Positions 49,819 to 59,864 of a stretch of 64,000 bases of DNA are shown here, piece by piece. Position 1 is the first letter of the stretch; each line of letters opens with the position of its first letter. The DNA lies in NCBI RefSeq assembly GCF_902713615.1, contig NW_024055444.1, positions 62,001 to 126,000 of the forward strand. Direction: 5' to 3'. Source of the stretch: Scyliorhinus canicula (taxonomy: Eukaryota). The notes beneath the pieces are model-generated. The model ran no database searches. It was not told where the DNA came from and saw only the letters and a list, made by a program, of their open reading frames with translations. The translations under genes were made by a program, and so were the position numbers.

Positions 49819-50151
49819 CCTCACGGCGCAGAGATAGGTGGCAGCGTCTGTAACATGCGCCTCTCTCACAGTTAGGATACTGAGCTTGTTGTCTCCACCG
49901 ATTGAAGCTGTAATCCTCCCGTGTTGATCGGTTTCTCTTGTGGCCATCACCAGATGCTGGGGTGACTGATTCGGGTACTGTCTGTACCAGAGTACGATGC
50001 TAAATGCAATGCTGATGGAGCAATTCTTGGACACATTACCCGTTTCACTAACAACCATCCATCCAGGGAGCTGCTGCACCTCATCTTCTCCGCTCACCTC
50101 CGTGCAGATCAAAGTGAAACACAGCAAAATGCCTGTGTGAACCCGAAGCAT
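49819..50151 (-). CDS. TRAV-like V segment with leader and V in one exon
   Basis: Single frame MLRVHTGILLCFTLICTEVSGEDEVQQ…SKNC…VLWYRQYPNQSPQ…VTDAATYLCAVR ending at the heptamer. Confidence 0.9.
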
Positions 50152-51404
50152 TATCAGTTCTCACGCAATACCGAGCTCGGCTCAGAACCGGGAGATGAAA
50201 ACTATATTCTGAAAAATTAACGGGGAACCAAACACTAACTTCGGGTTCACCTAGTGACGTGTTTCTGTTGAACTAACTAAATAGGCTTATGGTTTAACCA
50301 CCCATTTCCCACGTTTCACACTGACACCAGCTCGCACTGTGAGCACACTCCTGACCTGCTACCTTAAATACTTTTCATGTATCGCACTGCCCTCTGGCGG
50401 TGTGAACTGGCAAGTGCACGGTGCAATTATTTACTTAAACTGCCGACAAGTTGCAGTTCACGATATAGTAACGAATGAGAACAGGAATTCCCTCCTGCCT
50501 GTTATAGCTATTTTATTGTGGGAGAGGCTAAATCTCACTTTCCTGTCTGCTGTCCAACGATTGCAGTGCCTTTTGCTCACTATCTCTTCCTGCAAAGCTG
50601 ACCAGTCGGTTTGACAAGACGAAGATCCTGATGAAGGTCCTTATATCATTTTCCAATTTGAACCCGTCAAATGCGAACTCGTCTCTCTATCGGACATTTG
50701 TAACATCCCAACAGTAATAGCAACAGTGAAAACACATGATAATAAATAACTTTTTTTAAAATTCAAGTTTCATATCAGTGTTAAAATAATGTTTCTGTTT
50801 CCGCATTCGCTCCCTCCATCACATTTTCTTCACTAAAGATACTCACCCAGTCTCTCACCGCCCTCTGGTGGCAGCTACAATCACTACAACGTGCGCTTAA
50901 AAATACCTGTCCCGTTTCTGGAACCTAAGGCCATAAGACATAGGAGCAGAGTAAGGCCATTTGGCCCATCACGTTTGCTCCGCCGGTCAAACACAGCTGA
51001 TGTACGTCTCATACCCAATCCCCTGCCTTCTCCGTATAACCCTGGTTCCCTTATTAATCAAGAAGCTGACTATCTCTGTCCGGCGTGGGGCAGCTGAGGC
51101 TCAGCAAGGTAAGAAGCCCTCATTTTTGCGGCACCAGCTGCCGGAAGGGAAGTGTTTAAAGGGACAATTAAAAAGACATGTGGGACAGACAAGGCGGGGT
51201 ATCGGACGGGGGTGGGGGGGGGGGGGGTGTGGGCGGATACAATGGTGCGTTGGTCGAACAGCAAGGGAGGGGGTCTGCTCAGACCGGACTTGTGTCGGGT
51301 CAGACCAGAGGGCCTCTGCTGGAACAGAGAAACCGGGGGGTGGGGGGGGGGGGGCGATCGAATGGGAGTCGCAGGAGTCGAGTGGGATCGGAGGGAGGAG
51401 GGTC

Positions 51405-53202
51405 AGGCTAGACTGGAGTTGGGGGGTCAGGCTGGTCTGGAGTGGGAGGGTCAGGCTGGACTGGAGTGGGAGGGTCAGGCTGGATTGGAGTGGGAGGGTC
51501 CGGCTGGACTGGAGCGGGAGGGTCAGGCTGGACTGGAGTGGGAGGGTCAGGCTGGACAGGAGTGGGAGGGTCAGGATGGGCTGGAGTGGGAGGGTCAGGC
51601 TGGACTGGAGCGGGAGGGTCAGGCTGGACTGGTGTGGGAGGGTCAGGCTGGACTGGAGTGGGAGAGTCAGGCTGGACTGGTGTGGGAGGGTCAGGCTGGA
51701 CTGGAGTGGGAGGGTCAGGCTGGACTGGTGTGGGAGGTTCAGGCTGGACTGGAGTGGGAGAGTCAGGCTGGACTGGTGTGGGAGGGTCAGGCCGGACTGG
51801 AGTTGGGGGGTCAGGCTGGTCTGGAGTGGGAGGGTCAGGCTGGACTGGAGTGGGAGGGTCAGGCTGGATTGGAGTGGGAGGGTCCGGCTGGACTGGAGCG
51901 GGAGGGTCAGGCTGGACTGGAGTGGGAGGGTCAGGCTGGACAGGAGTGGGAAGGTCAGGATGGGCTGGAGTGGGAGGGTCAGGCTGGACTGGAGCGGGAG
52001 GGTCAGGCTGGACTGGAGTGGGAGGGTCAGGCTGGACTGGAGTGGGAGAGTCAGGCTGACTGGTGTGGGAGGGTCCAGGCTGGACTGGTGTGGGAGGGTC
52101 AGGCTGGACTGGAGTGGGAGAGTCAGGCTGGACTGGTGTGGGAGGGTCAGGCTGGACTGGAGTGGGGGGGTCAGGCTGGAGTGGTGTGGAGGTTCAGGCT
52201 GGACTGGAGTGGGAGAGTCAGGCTGGACTGGTGTGGGAGGGTCAGGCTGGACTGGAGAGGGAGGGTCAGGCTGGACTGGAGTCGGGAGTCAGGCTGGACT
52301 GGAGGGTCAGGCTGGACTGGTGTGGGAGGGTCTGGCTGGACTGGAGTGGGAGTGTCAGGCTGGACTGGAGTGGGAGGGTCAGGCTGGATGGAGAGGGAGG
52401 GTCAGCCTGGACTGGAGGGTCAGGCTGAACTGGAGTGGGGGGTCAGGCTTGACTGGGGTGGGAGGGTCAGGCTGGACTGGAGTGGGGGTCAGGCTGGACT
52501 GGAGTTGGGGGTCAGGCTGGACTGGAGTGGGAGGGTCAGGCTGGACTGGAGTGGGGTGTCAGGCTGTTCTGAAGTGGGAGTGTCAAGCTGGACTGGAGAG
52601 GGAGGGTCAGGCTGGACTGGAGGGTCAGGCTGGACTGGAGTGGGAGGGTCAGGCTGGACTGGAGTGGCAGGGTCAGGCTGGACTAGAGAGGGAGGATCAG
52701 GCTGGACTGGAGTGGGGGGCCAGGCTGGACTGGAGTGGGAGGGGCAGGCTGGACTGGAGTGGGAGGGGCAGGCTGGACTGGAGTGGGACGGTCAGGCTGG
52801 ACTGGATTGGGAGGGTCAGGCTGGATTGGAGTGGGAGGGTCAGGCTGGAGTGGGAGGGTCAGTCTGGACTGGAGGGTCAGGCTGGACTGGAGTGGGGAGT
52901 TATGGCTGGACTGGAGTGGGAGGGTCAGGCTGGACTGGAGTGGGAGGGTCAGGCTGGACTGGAGTGGGAGGGTCAGGCTGGACTGGAGTGGGAGGGTCAG
53001 GCTGGATTGGAGTGGGGGGTCAGGCTGGACTGGAGTGGGAGGGTCAGGCTGGACTGGAGTGGGAGGGTCAGGCTGTACTGGAGTGGGAGGGTCAGGCTGG
53101 ATTGGAGTGGGGGGCCAGGCTGGACTGGAGTGGGATGGGCAGGCTGGACTGGAGTGGGAGGGTCAGGCTCGACTGGAGTGGGAGGGTCAGGCTGGACTGG
53201 AG
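51405..53202 (+). repeat. 24-bp G-rich minisatellite (GGAGGGTCAGGCTGGACTGGAGTG)n running into an assembly gap
   Basis: Roughly 70-75 variant units; translations give the 8-aa repeat SGRVRLDW; 100 N at 53203-53302. Confidence 0.95.
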
Positions 53203-53302
53203 NNNNNNNNNNNNNNNNNNNNNNNNNNNNNNNNNNNNNNNNNNNNNNNNNNNNNNNNNNNNNNNNNNNNNNNNNNNNNNNNNNNNNNNNNNNNNNNNNN
53301 NN

Positions 53303-56300
53303 GGGCAGATACCTGATGGTACGGGGCAGACTGGAGGGGAGAAGAGTGGTGCTGGTAAATATATATGCCCCGAACTGGGATGACGTGGACTTCATTAAAA
53401 AAGTGCTGGGGAAGATCCCGGGCCTGGATTCTCGCAGGTTAATAATGGGAGGGGACTTTAACATGGTCCTTGACCCGACTTTGGATCGGTCGTGTCCCAG
53501 AACGGGTAGACTCTCAGCAATGGCAAGGGAGCTGAAAGGGTTTATGGAGCAAATGGGGGCAGTGGATTCCCTGGAGAGATAGATAGCCAACAGGAAGGGG
53601 CTACTCGTTTCACTCGCACGTCCATAAAGTATATTCCAGGATAGATTTATTTGTACTAAGCAGGGACTGTATGGGGCAGGTAAAGAACACGGAATACTCA
53701 GCAATTACCATTTCAGACCATGCCCCGCATTGGGTGGACCTGCAGTTCGGGGGAGCGAGTTATCAACGCCCGCAATGGAGGCTAGATGTGGGACTGCTTT
53801 CGGAGGAGGGGATCTGCGAGAGGCTTCGGAAATGTATAAAAAATTACCTGTAGGTGAATGACACAGGGGAAGTCTCAGCGGCGACCTTGTGCGAGGCGCT
53901 AAAGGCAGTAGTGCGGGGGGAGCTGATTTCAATTGGGGCCCACAGAGCCAAGGCAGACCGGGCAGAGATGGATAGATTGGTCAGGGAAATGGGTCGGATA
54001 GATGAAGAGCATGCGGAGTCCCTGGAGGAGGTTTTACTCAGGGAGAGGCAGAGGCTACAGGCGGAACTGGGGGCACTATCCACGAGCAGGGCCGTAGAAC
54101 AGCTTAGGAAGGCGAGGGGAGTGGTGTACGAGCATGGGGAAAAGGCTAGCAGGCTGTTAGCGCAGCAACTCAGGAGGAGGGAGGCGGCCACGGAAATAGG
54201 TAGAGTGAGGGACGAGGGGGGGGGTGGCGCAAAGTGGAGGACCCGGCAGAATTGAATAGGGTATTCCGGGACTTCTATCATAAGCTGTACACTTCGGAGC
54301 CGCTGGAAGAACCGGAGGGGATGAAAAGGTTTCTGGACGGGTTAACATTCCCAACAGTTGGTGGGGGGCGAGTGGAAGAGCTGGGGGCCCCGATTAGAGT
54401 AGAGGAGGTATTGGGGGGCCTTAAGGCTATGCAGTCGGGGAAGTCCCCGGGGCCGGATGGATACCCAGTAGAGTTTTATAGGAGGTTCTCTGAGCTGGTG
54501 GGCCCGGTCTTGGCGAGGGTTTTCAATGAGGCAAGGGACAGAGGGACCCTGCCGCCGACAATGTCACAAGCCACCATATCTCTGATATTGAAGCGGGGTA
54601 AAGACCCGGAGGCGTGCGGGTCCTACAGGCCAAACTCCCTGATTAATGTAGACACCAAGCTCCTGGCAAAGGTACTGGTGGGTAGAATGGAGGACTGTGT
54701 ACCGGAGGTGATTGGGGAGGATCAATCGGGGTTCGTGAAAGGTAGGCAGCTGGCGACCAATCTGAGGAGATTACTCAATGTGATAATGATGCCCCCGGCG
54801 GGTAGAGAGGTGGAGGTAGTGGTGGCAATGGACGCCGAGAAGGCCTTTGACCGGGTGGAGTGGGACTATCTATGGGAGGTGCTCAGACGGTTTGGGTTCG
54901 GGGAGGGATTGGTGGATTAGATCAAATTATTATATCAGGCCCCGAGGGCCAGCGTCAGGACCAACAGAGAAGTGTCGGAGTACTGTAGGTTGTACCGAGG
55001 GACCAGACAGGGCTGCCCGCTCTCCCCACTGCTGTTTGCTCTGGCCATAGAGCCGCTGGAGATTGCGCTGAGAGCCGCAGAGGGTTGGAAGGGGATGGTG
55101 AGGGGCAGGGTTGAACACAGGGTTTCTCTTTATGCAGACGACCTGCTCCTGTACGTGTCAGACCAGTGGCCGGGATGGAAACTATACTGGGAATGCTGAG
55201 GAAGTTCGGCCAGTTCTCAGGATACAAATTAAATACGGTCAAGAGTGAAATGTTTGTGGTCCAGGCAAGGGGCCAGGAGAACAGATTGAGAGGGCTACCG
55301 TTTAGGCTGGTTGAGGAAAATTTCCGGTATTTGGGAATCCAGGTGGCACGAGACTGGGGCAGGCTGCATAAGTTAAATTTGGCCAGGGTGGTGGAGCAAA
55401 TGAAGGGAGAGTTTCGGAGATGGGATGCACTCCCGCTGTCGCTGGCAGGGAGGGTGCAGACTGTAAAGATGACAATCCTCCCTCGATTTTTGTTTATTTT
55501 TCAGTGCCTCCCGATCTTTATCCCACAGTCCTTCTTCAAAAGAGTTAACGGGCTGATCATGAGCTTTGTCTGGGCGGGAAAATCCCCGCGGGTAAAGAAG
55601 GTGATGTTGGAGAGGAACCGCAGCGAGGGAGGGCTGGCTTTGCCGAGTCTGGTCAATTATTACTGGGCGGCCAACATCGCTATGATAAGGAAGTGGATGG
55701 TGGGTACGGGGTTTATTTGGCAGCGGGTGGAGGCGGCTTCGTGCAGGGGCTCCAGCTTGGAAGCCCTGGTTACGGCTCCTCTACCGCTGCCGCCGGCCAA
55801 GTACACCACCAGCCCGGTAGTGGTGGCGACCCTGCGGATATGGGGCCAGTGGAGGAGGCATGTGGGAGAGATGGGGGCGTCTGTCTGGGCGCAAATCTGC
55901 GACAACCATCGGTTTGCCCCCGGCAGTATGGATGGGGGGTTCCGAGTATGGCGGCGAGCAGGGGCGGGAAGGGTGGGTGATATGTTCCTGGAAGGGAGCT
56001 TCACGAGTTTGAGGAGCATGGAGGAGAAATTTGGGTTGGTAAGGGGAAATGATTTTCGATACCTACAGTTGCGGGACTTTGTTCGTAGACAGGTCCCATC
56101 TTTCCCACGCCTCCCGCCAATGGGGATCCTCGACAGAATAGTCTCTAGGAGGGAAGAAGGGGAGGGCAGAGTCGCGGGTATATATAAGGTGCTCATGAGG
56201 GAGGAAGGGTCCCAGACAGAGGAACTGAAACTTAAATGGGAGGAGGAGCTAGGCGGGGAAATGGAGGATGGGCTGTGGGCAGAGGCCCTGAGTAGGGTAA

Positions 56301-57056
56301 ACTCGACCGCGACATGTGCTAGGCTCGGGCTGATCCAATTTAAGGTCATTCACCAGGCCCATATGACGGTGGCTCGGATGAGCAAATTTTTCGGGATAGA
56401 GGACAAATGCGCTAGGTGCGCGGGAGGACCAGCGAACCACGTTCACATGTTTTGGGCATGCCCTAAGCTGAGGGAGTACTGGGAGGGATTTGCGGGGTCA
56501 TGTCCCAGGTGCTAAAAACAAGGGTGGTGATGAGTCCAGGGGTGACAATTTTTGGGGTTTCGGAAGACCCGGGCGTCCAGGGGGAGAAAGAGGCCGATGT
56601 GTTGGCCTTTGCTTCCCTGATAGCCCGGCGATGAATATTATTGGCGTGGAGGGACTCAAAGCCCCCGAAGACTGAGTGGTGGCTTGCGGACATGTCGAGT
56701 TTCCTGGGGATGGAGAAAATTAAGTTCGCCTTGAGGGGATCTGTGCAGGGGTTCACCCGGAGGTGGCAACCATTTATTGACTTCTTTGCGGGAGAGTGAG
56801 TGTCAGCACGTGGGTGGGGGGGGGGGGGGGGGGGAGGGGGGGGGGGAGGGGGGGGGGGTAGAGTTGAGAAGGAGGGAAAATATGGCGGGTAGTACCAGTG
56901 GGAGGGGAGCGGGCTTGTGCAATATGTTACGATGGAAGTATTGAAAGTACGTGGATGTTTGCACATTTGTGCCTTTTTTGCTTTCTTTCTGATGATGTCT
57001 GTAACTGTTTATAAAGCCAAAAACTACCTCAATAAAATTGTTTATTAAAAAAAAAC
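53303..57056 (+). mobile_element. L1-clade LINE ORF2 and 3' end, disrupted
   Basis: NIYAPNWDD, MGGDFNMVLD, MDAEKAFDRV, YADDLL, C-terminal CARC…NHVHMFWAC knuckle; G-rich 3' UTR, AATAAA and A-tail at ~57031-57056. Confidence 0.93.
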
Positions 57057-57059
57057 AAG

Positions 57060-57660
57060 ACAAGCAGACTCACACAAGGACATAAAACACAGTTGGAACC
57101 ATCATCATATGCAGCAGCACATAGTGAGAAGACAGTAACACAGACATGAGGGTATACACTGCCGCCCACATTAGCACACATATATGGGCACACGGAGAAG
57201 CACGTTAACAGCTTACACACGGATAAAGAAAGACATACATGAAATACAGCAGAGCATTCGGATGCACACAGTTAAATGCAAACATTAGCGTGCTCATACA
57301 CGAGAGGACACGAAAACACACATTAGTACACAGGGGACGTATATATTTCAAAACATAGTCATATAAATCTATCAATGCATACATACACGTATTAACACAT
57401 CAACACAGACGTATATACGCGCGCATAAACATTCGTATATTGATAGATATGTGGTGCAGAAGGAAACATATCACTACATATATACCAGGCCAGAACACAT
57501 AAGCGCGCATTAACACAACTCTGAATAAATAAACATAGACTTCAATACAAAATATCTCATTCATACAGAAACATAGACAGAAGCACGAAATGCACAAACA
57601 ATCACACAGGTTAAAACTCATGGCACATGAACAATGAAATGAACGCTCATAAACACATTT
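57060..57660. repeat. Degenerate (CA)/(TA)-rich low-complexity tract
   Basis: Dense ACAC/ATAC content with no stable period. Confidence 0.55.
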
Positions 57661-58061
57661 GGACAGACAAACCGTTCAAGGCAAATCACGAGTTAGTTCA
57701 GCATTAAAGACAAACGACAAGATGAGAGTATATTTCTAATATAACATTTAATGGGCATATTCACCAAAATCTATCCCCATTTAATAATGTTCCCACTAAC
57801 GCATAAGTGTTCCATTACCATAAACAACTAAGACAGGAACTGACGTCCGAATTCTTAGCAGAAATATTACAGTTTTCAAATAAGAAGCTCAGTGAACTTC
57901 CCTCAATATCAATCGTCATAATCTCACATTGTAACAAATTGTTCAAAAATAAACTGAAACTAAATAAAAGCTGCCATGTTTTCGACCCGGACTGTTTGAG
58001 GAACGTAAAGGAAGAAGAGCTGTGTAGACAGTGACAGAGATCGGTTTCTGAGTGGCACGAA

Positions 58062-59236
58062 CTCAGCAGAGTGGGGATAAAGGGATCTTTTTCATGATGG
58101 CAGGCGGTGACTAGTGGTGTGCCTCAGGGGCCCGTGCTTGGACCACAACTTTTCACAATATACATTAATGATTTGGAAGGAGGAATTGAAGGCACTGTTG
58201 CTAAGTTTGCAGATGATACAAAGATCTGTAGAGGGGCAGATAGTATTGAGGAAGCGGGGGGGGGGGGGGGTGGTGCAGAAGAACTTGGACAGGCTAGGAG
58301 TGGGCAAAGAAGTGGCAGATGGAATACAATGTGGGAAAGTGTGAGATTATGCTCTTCGGAAGCAGAAATTGAGGCATAGACTATTTTCTAAATGGGAAGA
58401 TGCTTAAGAAATCAGAAGCACAAAGGGACTTGGGACTCCTTGTTCACGATTCTCTTCAGGTTAACGTGTAGGTTCAGTCGGCAGTAGGAAGGCAAATGCA
58501 ATGTTAGCATTCATGTCGGAAGGGCTAGAATACAAACCACGGATGGACTTCTGAAGCTATATTCCCGTACCAGCCTCCCCAAACAGGCGCCGGAATGTGG
58601 CGACGAGGGGCTTTTCACATTAACTTCATTTTGAAGCCTACTTGTGACAATAAGCGATTTTCATTTCTTAAGGCTCTGGTCAGATCCCATTTGGAGTATT
58701 GTGAGCAGTTTTGGGCACCGTATCTAAGAAAGGATGTGGTGGCCTTGAAAAGGGTCCAGAGGAGGTTCACAAAAATGATCCCTGGAATGAAGAACTTGTA
58801 TGAGGAACGGTTCAGGACTCTGGGTCTGTACCCGTTGGAGTTTAGAAGGATGAGGGGTGATCTTATTGAAACTTACGGGATACTGCGAGGCCTGGATAGT
58901 GTCGACGTGGAGAGGATATTTCCACTTGGAGAAAAACTAGAAGCAGAGAACACTCTCAGACTAAAGAAACGATTCTTTAAACCAGAGATCAGGAGGAATT
59001 TCTTCAGGCAGAGGGTGCTGAATCTGTGGAACTATTTGCCGCAGAAGGCTGTGGAGGCAAAATCACTGAGTGTCTTTAAGACAGAGATGGACAGGTTTTT
59101 GATCAACAGGTGGATCAGGGGTTATGTGGAGAAGGCAGGAGAATGGGGATGCGAACAATATCGGTCATGATTGAATGGCGGAGCAGACTCGATGGGACGA
59201 GTGGCCTAATTCTGCTCCTATGTCTTATGGTCTTAT
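58062..59236 (+). mobile_element. CR1 3' fragment with a SINE insertion (~58556-58665)
   Basis: TSGVPQGPVLGPQLFTIYINDL…KFADDTK; LEYCEQFWAPYLRKDV…; (TCTTATG) tail. Confidence 0.9.
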
Positions 59237-59372
59237 AGAAGATGTACAATGATTATTAAATTCGAGAATATATTACTCACTTAAGAAAGATAAAAGGTAA
59301 TATGTATAATAACACAAGATATCCTGGAGGGAAACACAATTTAACTACATTTCCTCGGCTCCATCCTCGTAG

Positions 59373-59651
59373 AAAACACAGACCACACCTGGACGGAAGA
59401 CTATGAGGATGATAACGGCAACATCTGGACAACCGCTTCCACATTCATCACCCTGTTCTTCCTGAGCATGTAGTACAGCACAGCCGTTACTCTGGTGAAG
59501 GTGAGAAGATTCAATCCACTCACACTTCAAACTGACAGCAGCAGCAGTTTGAAAACTCATTGAACTTTTCATTGATTAAAAAATCTAACACTAATGCCCG
59601 AGATCACAAACATCTGCTTCGTTATTTAATCTTCTTTTACAGATTAAGTGA
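59373..59651 (+). pseudogene. Orphan immunoglobulin heavy-chain transmembrane exons: TM1 59373-59500 (in-frame TAG) and TM2 59643-59651
   Basis: CTCGTAG acceptor; NTDHTWTEDYEDDNGNIWTTASTFITLFFLSM*YSTAVTLVK; phase-0 GTGAGA donor; 142-nt intron; CTTCTTTTACAG then ATT AAG TGA (IK*). Matches the IgH CART motif and the M1/M2 exon split. Confidence 0.88.
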
Positions 59652-59864
59652 CCGGTTGATTCTGCGTAATTATGCATCATTAATTGATGCGTAATTCTGA
59701 ATGCTGGAATACAAGATTTGTGTTCAAACAGTTTAATGTTTCTGTATCTATTATAAAGTTTATTTTGTTCAGGACAGTGAATTATTGTGGCTTTATCATC
59801 TTACTGTGCAAGTGTGATTTCATACTTTATCTACTTTGAAACATATTAATAGTCCTTAACTTGA

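Noticed and set aside
50961-53582. 873-aa and 743-aa ORFs and nested Gly/Trp-rich ORFs
   Set aside because: They are stop-free translations of the 24-bp minisatellite read through an N gap into L1 ORF2.
59345-59572. 75-aa minus-strand ORF with a hydrophobic stretch
   Set aside because: It is the antisense shadow of the plus-strand IgH TM1 exon.
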